Below, in pieces: positions 1 through 20,689 of a stretch of 64,000 nucleotides of DNA. This DNA is from the human T2T-CHM13v2.0 reference genome, Homo sapiens. Made by a program: the position numbers and the translations under genes. The stretch lies in the NCBI RefSeq assembly GCF_009914755.1, contig NC_060930.1; one strand, 5' to 3'. The notes beneath the pieces are model-generated. The model was not told the DNA's origin. It did no database searches and saw nothing but the letters and a program-made list of their open reading frames with translations. Position 1 is the first letter of the stretch. Each line of letters begins with the position of its first letter.

Positions 1-519
1 ATTTGCTTCTCAGATCATTTTTTCAGTTCACTCTTGCAATTAAATTGAATATATTTGCCTTTCTTTTTCTGAGAAACTAAATGCTTTAACTATTTAAATG
101 TATGTTTCACTATGCATTCACTCTTGGTCAGCTACATTAATGGAAGAAATCAGAGGTGTGAATCAAACAAAAATATGTATTTGGTTTGGATATACTTTTG
201 GATATAAATTTGAATGAAGACTAGACCTGTTCAAAAAGGTATTCTCCTTAGAAAATTATACATACGCAGGATACATCAGTTTTGTATACTGTCCTAGAGG
301 TTTTCTCTGCAGTTCAAGTAAGATATTTTCTTTAAAAAAGTCACTAATGTGCTTATGATAATTGCTCAAAAGAACATTAAACATTTAAAAATAATCTTAA
401 GATGTGTGCAGTTAATATGAAATCATCTGCAGTGTTTCACTGAGCTATTAAAGAAAATTTGAATAAATATACATATGATACTCCTGTAGATAATCACTAA
501 AAGATATCAAATTTTACTC

Positions 520-2625
<2,106 letters not shown>

Positions 2626-2898
2626 GATGTTTTAAACAAGTGTTTGATGAAGTAGGAAAATGTTCATACTGTATTATATTCAGTGAAAATTGTATGAAAC
2701 TATATATTGTTTTAGTTTTTGCTTTATGTATATAATTGAAAAAAACTTGAAGCCGGTACACTAAAATGAACTTTTTTCATCTTTTTTTGTTTTCCCATAT
2801 TTTCTAAGTAAAGCAGCATTTTGCAATCAAACAAGATCAGTGAATGTTATGGGAAAATATATATATAAGATAATGTGATTTGAAAAAAACACAAATAT

Positions 2899-3068
2899 AG
2901 CCAGACACAGTGGCACACAATTGTAGTCCCAGCTACTCAGGAGACTGAGGTGGGAGTACTGCCTGAGTCCAGGAAATGAGACTGTATTCATACCTTTGAA
3001 TGGCCACTGCACTCCAGCCTGGGCCAAGTAATGAAACCTTGTCTCAAGTTTAAAAAAAGAAAAGAAAA
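2899..3068 (+). mobile_element. Fossil Alu monomer (FAM/FRAM-like)
   Basis: Single arm with the tgaatggccactgcactccagcctggg segment; TSD ~acacaaat(a/g)ta. Confidence 0.75.
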
Positions 3069-4177
3069 ATACACAAATGTAAAGTCTTATTCCTACATTT
3101 ATATATATAAGAGATCTTGCCAAACTTAATTCTAATTTCCTTTTTTAATATAAAAAAGAATTATATTATTATTTATTTTGGTATTTATTACATGAGATTT
3201 ATGAAAACCAGAGAAATAGTTTATCTGTGCTTCAAGGATGCTTTTCCAACAATGAGAGTACTGAAGTTTTCTCTTTCAGAACTGCGGTATCATGATCCCT
3301 AGGGAATAAAATTAATAAGTACTAGGAATCTAGATAACCTTGCTTTCAGGAAGAATAAAAAGAGAGTTGTGTACTTTATTTATTTATTTATTAGCCTGGG
3401 TTAAAGGCCAGAGAATTGTTTCTACTTTTGTATAGACTATGCTAAGTAAAGTGTTCATATCTTATACAGTGCTATTTAATTACTCTCAAATACTTACCCA
3501 ACTCTTCTTTTTCTAAACTCCATTAAAACCCTCCTTGGGGACAATAATAATGCAAGTTTCAGCTTATGTCAGCTTATATTTTAAAGTCCATATTCTTAAA
3601 AGAGACATGAAAAACTTGTTAGCTTCATTTCTGCTACATTTATAAAACCATCTCTTGGGAAAAAAACACAGCAGGAAATTCATCATATGTCGATGAATAT
3701 TTATTCATTATGTCTTGACTGTTAGCTTCCATTCCAGCTTCTGGTATTTATAAACCTTTTCCATAAATTATGGGAGCTCTTTTTCATAAAAATGTAAACA
3801 CTTTCCATAAATTCTGTAAACATGTAAATGTTTGTTGTGAATTCTGGAAGGTTTTTTTCTTATCTGAAGACTGTACTTCTCATTCACTCATTTATTCACT
3901 TAGTAACTATTTATTGAATTACTACTATGTACCAGTAATTAGAGTCACAAAAGCGAATAGGACATGATCATAATTCCTCCCCTTCTTACTAATTTTGTTT
4001 AATTTTTGTTTAGCGTCTTCTCTGAGTTAGGCAAGGTAAATGAAAGTGTGAGTTGGGGAAGAAAAGCCTGCTGAATTGCAGTATTTAAAAAGAAATAAAA
4101 ATAAACTGAGAGTAACAGTATCATATGTGATAAGCAGCCTTTGGGGATACACACACACATACACATACACAGAAATA

Positions 4178-10478
<6,301 letters not shown>

Positions 10479-11132
10479 TAATAACAGTATTTTATAATAG
10501 TTTGTTTACCTGCTTTTCTCCCCTCACTAGACTGTGAACTTCTCATATTAATTTTTGTATCTCTAGAATCTAGGCCATTAGCATTTAAAATGTGTTCAAT
10601 AAATAGCAAGTGAGTGAATTGTTAGAAATGAAAAAAATAAAGTGACAATTCTGTAAAAGGATTACTCACAAGTGAAGTAGAATCTAAGAACATAGGAGTG
10701 AGAGAAAAGGACTATTTCAGAAAGTATCACAATTTTTTCTAAGGAGTCATAGATATTTTAAGTATTTTTTCTTAGCTAATTGGGGAAAAAATCTGAAGAA
10801 TTTATTATCTTTCAAAACAATTATAACTCTCATTATTTGAGCACTGTGTTTAAAATTCCCAGTATTTTGGTGTTAGAAGCTGATCATTCTCTATAGCATC
10901 CTAATTTGTAATTTTAGTTTGCAATTGACATTATTTCAGTTAACAAGACATCTTAGATATTGAAATATTGGTTAAGTTGTTGAAAATTCTTTCAGTAACT
11001 ATCAGGTAAGTAAAAAACCATTGTTAATTGGTCTTTGTCTCTACACATGTGCATGCACATACAAATGCACATCTCTTTTTTTAAACCACAAATTTGCCTT
11101 TGTATTAATATTCTCAATAACATTATATTTAA

Positions 11133-11348
<216 letters not shown>

Positions 11349-11999
11349 TAAAGAGAAGTGATTTTAGAGCATTTTAATGAGTATTATTTACCTTTAGAAA
11401 ATTTTTATGAAAACAAACCTGATTTTTACCTATATATTGATAAATCAGAAAAGAGACATTTGTCATATTGTTATTGTTTGACTTCCAAAATTAATAATAG
11501 AATAGAACAATACAGTTAAGCATATGACCTATTTCAATCACAATCCCTGCTGCTAAGAAAAACCACCTAAAAGTAAGTAAAATAGGAAAATATATGATAC
11601 AGAATAGAATAGGAACCTAAGAATAGGAATTAATAGCCAAGCCTCATTAGGGACAGGAATCAGGAACTAGAGAGCTGTCTCAAACTTATATCTCCCTCTT
11701 CTCCTTTTCCTTCCCTTCTTCTACCACTGACCTAATATAGGAATGTGTATTATTAACTTAGCAGGATGGAGGGGGCAGTCCACACATTACACATATATGT
11801 TTACTGTAGACCTAGTATGGACATTATGCAGGTATTTCTATGTAATTTTATTGTATAGCATCTCAAGAGGTTTTACGTGTTAAATAACTATCTTTCCATC
11901 TTGTTTCCTTATATACTCTGCATGCACCCTGATTTTACTTTACGTACTAGGAGTTCCTCCAAACATCATTAATTTTTTTCCTTTTTTAAAAAAATTTTT

Positions 12000-13015
12000 T
12001 AATTATAAAACATAACACATAAAGTCAGAAAATGCATAAAACAGGCACATTTTATCAAATAATTAAAGCATACACCCTTTCAGTTATTATCCAGATCAAG
12101 AAGTAGAACACTCTCAATGCTACAGATGTTCTCTCTGTATCTTTTCCAATTACCATACCCTTCCTAATACTTAGAAGTAATCACTATACTGTCTTTTGTG
12201 ATGATGAGTTCCTTCCATTTTAGTTTTATCACCTATGTATGCACACTAAATAGAGGTTGTTTCCACCTGTTATTGAATTCTATATAGATGAAATTGTACA
12301 GTAGTATTCTTCTCTCTCTTGCTTTTTCACTCAAGACATTAGGATATTAATCCATCTTTTTTGACAGTACCTGTAGATTGTTCATTATCATTGCTGTAAT
12401 ATATCTCCATTTGAATATACCCACATTTATTTATCCATTCTACTGTTGATAGATTCTTGGATTACTTCTAACTTGTGGCTATTACAAACCAAGCTGCTAT
12501 GAACATTCTTATGTATATGTCCTGGCATACCAGTTTCTCTGAAATACTTACCTGTGAGGCAAATTGCTGAGTCATAGGTTATGCATAACTTCAATTTTAC
12601 TAGCTAATGTGACAGTTTTCAGAGTTGTACCAATTTTTACTCCCACCAGCACAGTTTGTTACTCCACACACTCTCCAACTCTTGATACTGGCAAGTTTTT
12701 TAAACTTTGCCAAACTGATGGATGCGAAATGGTATATTATTGTGGCTTTAATTTGCATTTCTCTGATTACCCATGCAGTTGAGCACTGCTTTGTGTGATT
12801 ATTGGTTATGTAGGTTTGCTCCATATGAAGTGCCTATTCTAATGTTTTGCCCATTTCTAATAAGATAACTTTTTTCTTCTTTATTTCTGATACTTTTCTG
12901 TGTCCTTTGTTATGTGTTTTTACTAATAGATCCTCTCTCATTTCATGGTTTATTATTTTCATTGACTTTATATTGTTTTTTAATGAACTGGAGGTCTTAA
13001 TTTTAGAATAGAAGG
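12000..13015 (-). mobile_element. Ancient L1M 3' region fragment
   Basis: tttatccattctactgttgat, gctgctatgaacattctt and tttaatttgcatttctctgatt are antisense L1M 3' motifs. Confidence 0.7.
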
Positions 13016-13245
13016 AAACTAAGAGAAAGGCCAGACATGGACATAGCCATTTTTGGACATAACATATGTGGATCGGTGTAAAAGATGGAGATTTTTCAAT
13101 AAATGATGTTTGAGACAATTGGGTATCCATATGGTAAGTATTAAATAAAATTCAGTTCCAAGTGGATTGAAGATTTAAATGTGAAAGGCAAAACTGTAAA
13201 GCTTCTAAAGTATAATCAGAAACTTACAGAAGACTTTAAAAAGTT

Positions 13246-13525
13246 GGCCAGGAGCAGTGGCTCACACTGTCCCAGCACTTTGGGAGGCCAAGGCAGGTGG
13301 ATCACCTGAGGTCAGGAGTTCAAGACCAGCCTGGCCAACATAGTGAAACCCCATCTCTACTAAAAATACAAAAATTATCCAGGCGTGGTGGCGAGTACCT
13401 GTAATCCCAGCTACTTGGGAGGCTGAGGCAGGTGGTAGAGGTGGAGGTTGCAGTGAGCTGAGATCACACCACTGCACTCCAGCCTGGGCAACAAGAGTCA
13501 AACTCCATCTCAAAAAAAAAAAAAA
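13246..13525 (+). mobile_element. AluS with small deletions in both arms
   Basis: Dimer + poly(A); the right arm lacks the agaatcgcttgaaccc segment. Confidence 0.93.
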
Positions 13526-13529
13526 GGTA

Positions 13530-14390
13530 GTGCAGAGTACTTCTATATAATTTTCATCAGAATCACAAATTAGCATTTTGGTACATTTGCTTTATCATTG
13601 CCTGTTTTTTGTAGGTAGATACACATATATATATATATATGCATACATATATACTTACATACATTGTTTTTCCTGAACAATATGATAATTATAGACATAG
13701 TATTCTTTTATCATTAAATACTTCAGCATATATATTCTAAGAATATGGACATTCTCTTAGGTTAACCAATACACTGATCTTCTTTAGAAAATTTTATATT
13801 GACACAATATTGATATTTAATGTATGGCCCATATTTAAGTTTTACCAATCATCTTACTAATGTTTTGCATAACAGCTTTTTCCAAGATCAAATTCAGGAA
13901 CACATTGAATTCAGTTTTCATGTTCCTTTACTCATTTAATCTGGACTAATTCCTTATCTTTGCGTGACCTTGATTTTTTTGAAGAGTATTGGCCAGTAAG
14001 TTTGTGAACTATTCTTCAGTTTGGGTTTGTATTATATTTCCCGGTGATTAGATTAAGATGACACAGTATTGGGGGGATACTACATTTTTTTTTCAATCAG
14101 TTTTGGTAAATTATATTTTTGGAGGAGTTTGCCCATTTTGAGTTTTTAAATTTATAATCAAGTAGTTCATAGTATCCTTCAATTATCTTTTTAATATCTA
14201 CAATATTTAATGTTTTCTAGTTTCATTCCTGATTTTATTCTAGTTTCTAGTTGTTTGTGCCTTCACTCTTTTTTTCTTGAATTGTCTCACCAGAAGTTTG
14301 TTATTTTATTTGTCTTTTCGAAAAAGCAATTTTTGGTGGTGTTAATTTTCTCCCTGTGTGTTTTGTTTTGTTTCATTATTTTTGCTATAT
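13530..14390 (-). mobile_element. Ancient L1MC/L1M fragments
   Basis: aagaatatggacattctctt, ttgaagagtattggccag and related old L1 motifs. Confidence 0.5.
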
Positions 14391-14902
14391 TGTAGTAAAC
14401 AGGATCCATGTATCAAATACTGTTGTTTTATAGGACTTTTTCTTAGAATTTCTTTATTAAAGGTCAATCACCTTCTTTAAAGGGCTAAATAAAAAGGATT
14501 CTACAATGGATAAAATAGCATAATCACTGTATTCAACTTACTAATGGTCTGGCATCATCTTAATGTAGCAATTTAGAATGAATAGCATAATGAATGGAAT
14601 ATATTTTTTTCCGCAATTTTCAGGAACATCATTTCTCACTACCAAGATTTTGAACAACAATGAATTGTGGTAATAGTATCAGAAAGGTAGCCAGTTTTCA
14701 GGGTAAATTAAAGTGATGTTGATAAGCATTAAAGGATCTCACTGACATTCTTTTTTTGGAAATTTAGGACTCTGACAAGACTTGAAAGGCAGTCCACCTC
14801 TATAAAGAGGTGAGGTGAATGCATACCAATAACTCAGGCAAAGTTTTCTTGAAAAGTATGTCAGAATACACAACCAGCGACCCAATTTTCTATGCTGTAA
14901 AA

Positions 14903-15118
14903 CAAGAATCAACTTTTTCTGTTAAGGACCAAATGGTAAACATTTTGGACTTTGGGAGCCACACATCTTTGTCTAAACTACTCAACTCTGTTATAACATG
15001 AAAGCAGCCATGGATGGTATATGAATAAGTGAATGTGGCTGTGTTTCAATAAAGTTTTATTTACAAAAACAGGTGTTGGGCCAGATTTGGTTCTCAGGCT
15101 GTAGTTTGCCAACGCCTA
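14903..15118 (+). mobile_element. MER58A (hAT-Charlie MITE)
   Basis: caactttttctg...aaagcagccat...tggctgtgtttcaataaa...gtagtttgccaac pattern. Confidence 0.8.
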
Positions 15119-15261
15119 CATTATAAAGCTAAGAGGAGAGTTGATACCTCTTCCACAAAATAAAAGTCTGTTTGAAGGTTATTTTTAGTGACCAGTAGAA
15201 GTAAAGGCCAGTAGCAAGAAATAGTTTTACATGGGAAAGGTAATCTTCAGGGTATTTTTTT

Positions 15262-15335
15262 CTCTTTTTTTTTTATTTTGTTTTTTCTTTTTTTTTTTTT
15301 AATTTTTATGTTTTTATTTAGTTCCCGCAAGCAGA
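15262..15335 (-). mobile_element. 74-bp L1-mediated retro-insertion of unknown source (35-nt body + A-rich tail)
   Basis: Perfect 14-bp TSD cagggtattttttt (15248-15261, 15336-15349) followed by aaaaaa, an L1 endonuclease site; AATAAA on the minus strand shortly before the tail. Confidence 0.75.
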
Positions 15336-16459
15336 CAGGGTATTTTTTTAAAAACTATGTTTTACTAGAGAAAAATATTATAGTTCCATTAAATTGTTCT
15401 GTTTGTGTCACCTGAATGGAAGTTCTGGGAAGAGAATGGTCGCAAGGATTAGAGGCAACTTTATAGCTTGATATTCAATGGGAAGGAAGCTATTCTGGGT
15501 GGACTAGGAACAAGAAGGTAAACTTAAAAGAGCAGCTGGTGAACACAACTTTGAGAAGAAGGGACAAAGAAAGGGGACTAAGACAAAAATCAGGTTTGTG
15601 GAAAATTAGAATACCAAAGATAAACTTTGGAATTTTACCTAGCGCTTCCCTTTTCTCACCCCATTCCAGATACCAAGATAGGGCCTATTTTAATTGCTAA
15701 ATGAATCATGGAAGGATAATAAAGACAAAATAAGAAAATGTCCTAATGTTACTCAAGCAGGAATAAGCTTTGCCCTTCCCTGCAGTGTATCACAAAAACT
15801 GTGGACATGGTAGCATACTGTGTTATCTGGCTCCCATTTATGCAATTCAAGAGGAACCTTGCTAATAAAATATCTTGTTCTTCTGAGAATACAGTGCTAA
15901 GCCTACAGGAACTGAAGTAGTCTAAAGGTCATTCAGTGTTTGTACAGGGACAGACTTAGCTACAATAAAGTATATAGGCTGTCTGATAACGAATTCAGAA
16001 GCAGCACAATTGAGCAAAGTCACAGAAATAAACCTCTGATATGAAATCTCTCCTTATTGGTGTGAAAGCAAATTGTGAAGCAAAGAGTTGGACTAAAAAG
16101 AGGAAATGTAAATCTATACTTGAAAAGAACAATTTAATAAATTAATTTTATACTGGTTCAACTATATTATTTAATATTAAGATCCAGTAAGTTCAGGTTT
16201 TCAAATTTTTGGCAAATTAAGGCATCCAAACTTGTTGAGCTTCTGTAGTCACATGCCGTACACATTCATGCTACATCATAGAGACTATTGTGTGTGAATA
16301 GTTACAGGTGACCCATACTAATTAAAAAGATAAAATATATTTATGATAAGTGAATAATGTCTTTGTCATTTCAAACTAAAATGGAATGATCAAGTGGGAC
16401 AGTTTACACAAAAAGCAAAAAAAAATCTGAAATCATCCTGAATTTTATGTGTCAAGAAC

Positions 16460-16897
16460 TGTAAAGAATCTTGAGATTTTGCCCTCCTAATTACATGCTA
16501 ACAAGTTAGCCTACCATAGATTGATTCATGTATAGCAGCAGAAAACTTGAGACAAAGGACCTTATTAATGGTAGGATTATCATTTGTTCTCTTTCCTTGA
16601 GCCTAGATTTCCACAGCTCAACATAAAAAAGGCGAGGTTCATACTAGTGGATTGCAATACAGGAGAAAAACTCTGTGCTTAGGGATCCAAAATATTTTAT
16701 AATGCACAGCAAGCTTTATCCACCAATGCTGTAAGTGGACCTGTTCTTTGCTCCAAAGGGAGACATATCTCTGTTTCCCCAGGCTTTTCCCTAATACGAG
16801 CATCCTTGAAAAGATAGTCTGTAACAAAGACAGTCAGGATTTCTGCTCACAAGCCTTTCAGAAATGCAAGAGACACATGAAGAATTGTCTCTCAACA
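16460..16897 (-). mobile_element. Solo LTR, LTR40-like (ERVL)
   Basis: TG...CA termini; minus strand begins tgttgagagacaattcttcatgtgtctcttgcatttctg, resembling the recalled LTR40 5' end. Confidence 0.7.
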
Positions 16898-17296
16898 GTA
16901 TGTCTTATAGAGAACTTGCTTTCATTGCAGTTTATTTCCTCAATAATTTTACTGATCTTTATTGCTAGTGCTTCCAAAGATACCTCTTGTTGTGTTATAA
17001 TGCTTCCTATTATAACATCAGAGATGCCATATTTAATATTGATTGTAACTTGTGTCTGGAATTATAAGTCCAATATTAGGGAGATAATATATTCAGTTTG
17101 CAGATCAGAGAGCCAGATTTTGTGCTTTGTGCTAGCATTGCTGCCCTAACCAAGCTTTTGTTAGGGTTAGTGGAGTCAGACAAAGTAACAGTTGAGTTCA
17201 CATTCTTTCAGAGACATGATGGTTACATCAGCTTGTATAAATCTTTAGTTCTATCATACAAAATATTTATAAATAAAGATCCTGAAGCCAAATACA

Positions 17297-17393
17297 TAGG
17301 GTTGCCAGATGAAATGCAGAATGCCCAGTTAAATTTGGATTTCAGGTAAACAGCAAATGATATTTCAATATAAGTATATCTGGTGCAACCCTA
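17297..17393. mobile_element. MER53 (hAT MITE), one palindrome arm deleted
   Basis: TIRs tagggttgccagat ... atctggtgcaacccta. Confidence 0.7.
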
Positions 17394-17700
17394 TCAAATA
17401 GCATACTAAAGCATCAAAAGGTTTAATTGTGTTTTACATATTTCTGTATGTGAAGTATTAATATATCTTAGATACGGAAAAGAATTCCTTGCTCAAGAAG
17501 AAAACAAATTTTAAGCTTATTCTTGTGTGGAAGCAGGGCCTTTTGGAAACATATGGCTTTACTTAAAATGCGTGCACTGTTATTTATGGTTCTAACCTAG
17601 AGCAAAAAAAATCCAAGTTGATATGGTGACTCTGCTATTCAGTTACTTAGTATTCTGTAATATTGCTCATTTAAATTCATCACATTAACATGTCTTTCCT

Positions 17701-17830
17701 GGCTGGGCACAGTGGCTCACACTTGTAATCCCAGCACTGTGGAAGGTGGAGGTGGGAGGATCACTTGAGGCTGGGAGTTTACAACCAGCCTGGGCAACAT
17801 AGTGAGATCTTGTCTCTATTAAAAAAAAAA
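17701..17830 (+). mobile_element. Free left Alu monomer (FLAM_C-like)
   Basis: Single left arm + A tail; TSD atgtctttcct. Confidence 0.85.
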
Positions 17831-18139
17831 TTATGTCTTTCCTTGAACTATAAAATGGAACTCTGCTTCTATGAGGTTAGCCTCTTTTATTCTTTGACTA
17901 ACATCTCTCTCACCTTGTAGTTGCCTGTTTATGTTTTTGATTTCATAGCAACAGGTTTGTTACTAATGCTTTATTGAAATTACAGTGATTCTTCCAGGAC
18001 CACTGCCTGTAAGCCCAAGGATTCATCTAAAAATTGAAAGGAGACCTTCATAGATGGATAGACTATATTGTGCTCTTGGTTTTGTTTGTTTTTCCCACAG
18101 AATGTTTATGGAAGGACCATAGTAATTTATTTATATTTT

Positions 18140-18365
18140 TACTTAATAAATGTGTATAGCAGTTATTATCTGTGTAAGGCACTAATTGCTTTATAAATGT
18201 TAACTCATTTAATCATCAGTACAATCTCATGAAGTAAATATTTTGTCATTCCCATTTTATAAAAGAAATATTGAGGTTCTAGAAAGGTGAAATAACTTAG
18301 CCAAAGTTGCATATCTTGTACATGGTAGTGACTGGATGGGAACCCAGGCAGTAGATGCAGACCTG
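18140..18365 (-). mobile_element. MIR
   Basis: ctcatttaatc...cccatttta...gaggttc...gaacccaggcagt core. Confidence 0.75.
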
Positions 18366-18849
18366 ATATTTCCACATTTCATCTCTTTCCCATGAATTTG
18401 CAAAGTATTAAAAACGAAGTAAATTAAGACTTCAAACAAAATAGTAGTACAAACTTATAACATTAGAATACCGTTTATTATGACGCTGGTTTGCTATACT
18501 GTTTATATTTTACAAGCAAAAAGAAATACAATCTCAAACATAGTTTTCAGTGTCAACTTGGTGGTATAAAATATAGTTTTGGATTTTTTTTCCAGTTGAA
18601 TTTAAAGAGAACATGCCATTTGCTGCATTCACTGGAATTAATCATAAAAAAATACTGTAGAACACTAAGTATGCTGCCGTTGGTCTAATAGCTAGGAAAT
18701 CAAAACGTTTATTGACAGCACCACCGAAGTAGAAGATTCAAAGGCATAGATGTTATGTAACATGATATATATAGGTAACTGTTTCCTAAGATTTAATTTT
18801 GTTGGGGGGCGGGTGGGGATAACAAATTTTGAGGGTAACAGATTTTATG

Positions 18850-19815
18850 TAATGCAAATTAACCATTAACAATTTTAATGTATACAATTCAGTGGCATTT
18901 AATATAGTCACAGTGTTGTGTAACCATCACCTCTGTCTTATTCCAAGACATTTTCATCACTCTGAAAGGAAACCGTGTACACATTAAGGAATCACTCCCA
19001 TGTCCCCTTTCCCCATTCCCTGGCAACCGCTAGTCTCATTTACTGATCTTGGAAGTTTCATATAAATGTAATCATACAACATTTTGTATCTGGTTTCTTT
19101 CACTTAGAATAATGTACCAAGTTTCACCCATGTTTTACATGTATCCATATAATGATTTATTTTTGTAGCAGAATTCCATTGTATGGATATACTACATTAT
19201 TTTATCTGTTTGTCATTGATAGACATTTAAGTTCTTTCTACCTATTGACTACTATGAATAGTTGCTGGTATGAAAATTTGTGTACAAATATTTGTTTGAA
19301 TATCTGTTTTTAGTTATTTGGGGTATATACCTAGGAGTGGAATTGCTGAGTCATATGGTAATTCTATGTTTAACTTTTTGAGGAACATCCAAACTGTTTT
19401 CCACAGCAGCTGCACCACCTTACATTCCCACCAGCAATGTACAAGGATTCTAATTTCTTCATATACTTACAAACACTTGTTATATTCTGCTTTTTGTTTT
19501 GGGGTTTTTATCATGGCCAACCTAGTAAGAGTGAGATGGTATTTTCATTGTAGCTTTGATTTGCAGTACCCTAATGACTAGTGACCTTGGACACCTTTTC
19601 ATATGCTTATTTACCATTTGTGTATCTCCTTTGGAGAAATGTGTATTCAGGTCCTTTCCCCATATTTTAATTGGGTTGTTTGTCTTTTTGTTGTTGAGTT
19701 TCAGTTATTTATATATTCTGGTAACTAGGCCCTTATCTGATACATAATTTGCAAATGTTTTCTTCTATTCTATGAGTTGCTTTTTAGCTCTCTTGATAAT
19801 GTTCTTTGGTGCACA
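18850..19815 (-). mobile_element. L1MB-like 3' end/ORF2 fragment
   Basis: tacaattcagtggcattt, ctaggagtggaattgctgagtcatatggtaattctatg. Confidence 0.8.
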
Positions 19816-20203
19816 GGACATCAGGGCAGCAGGAAAAATCTTAAATTTATTTTTCCCCAGTAAAAGAAATCCTGTAAATTAAGATAAATATATTCAGCAG
19901 TTATCGTCATGATAAAAAATTTTAAAGATATAAGGTAACCCTTGAGAGAAAGTATTGTGCTTATATCTGCTACTAATACAGTTTTCTTGGAATACTTATT
20001 ACATGCAATGGAAAAAATCCACATGGTAAGGGGGAGAGAAAAGGATTTCTAATCTCAATTTAATTAGTGTATATCTATGTTACCATAGATTTTCTTGCCT
20101 GATATCAGGATATATTTGATTTTTTAAAAAATTGAGAGTCCTCAGAGAGGCCAAAGCCCAGAATCTTTATATTCAGGAGATCTAGGTTGTATAAACACTT
20201 GTA

Positions 20204-20562
20204 CAGTCTTGTGTTACTTAATGATTAGGATACTTTCTGGAAAATGCTTTGTTAGGTGATTTCATCATTGTGTGAACATTATAGAATATACTATAGAACA
20301 TCATAGAATATACTACCCAAAGCTAGATAGTATAGCCTGCTACACACCTAAACTAGATAATACAGCCTGTTACTCCTACGCTACAAACCTGTACAGCATG
20401 TGACTGTACTGAATACTGTGTTGCAACACAGTGGTATTTGTGTATCTAAGCCTATCTAAACATAGAAAAGGTACAGTAAAAATATGGCATTGTAATTTTA
20501 GGGGAGACCATCCTATACGCGATCCATCATTGTCTTAAACGTCATTATGTGGAGCATGACTA
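20204..20562 (-). mobile_element. Tigger3a-like MITE (TcMar-Tigger)
   Basis: TA-cagtc...gcatgact-TA ends; tctaaacatagaaaaggtacagtaaaaatat core. Confidence 0.8.
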
Positions 20563-20689
20563 TATGAACTTACTGAATTATCATTATAACATATTTTGAA
20601 AACTACTCAATACTTCAAGAAAATTATTTCATTACTTCACAAAATGACTTTGTGCTGCTTTTCGGTCAGTTCCTACACCCCATAAGCAA

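Noticed and set aside
16748-17349. 133-aa and 83-aa + strand ORFs
   Set aside because: Non-ATG starts, partly in an LTR, with no recognisable protein features or splice support.
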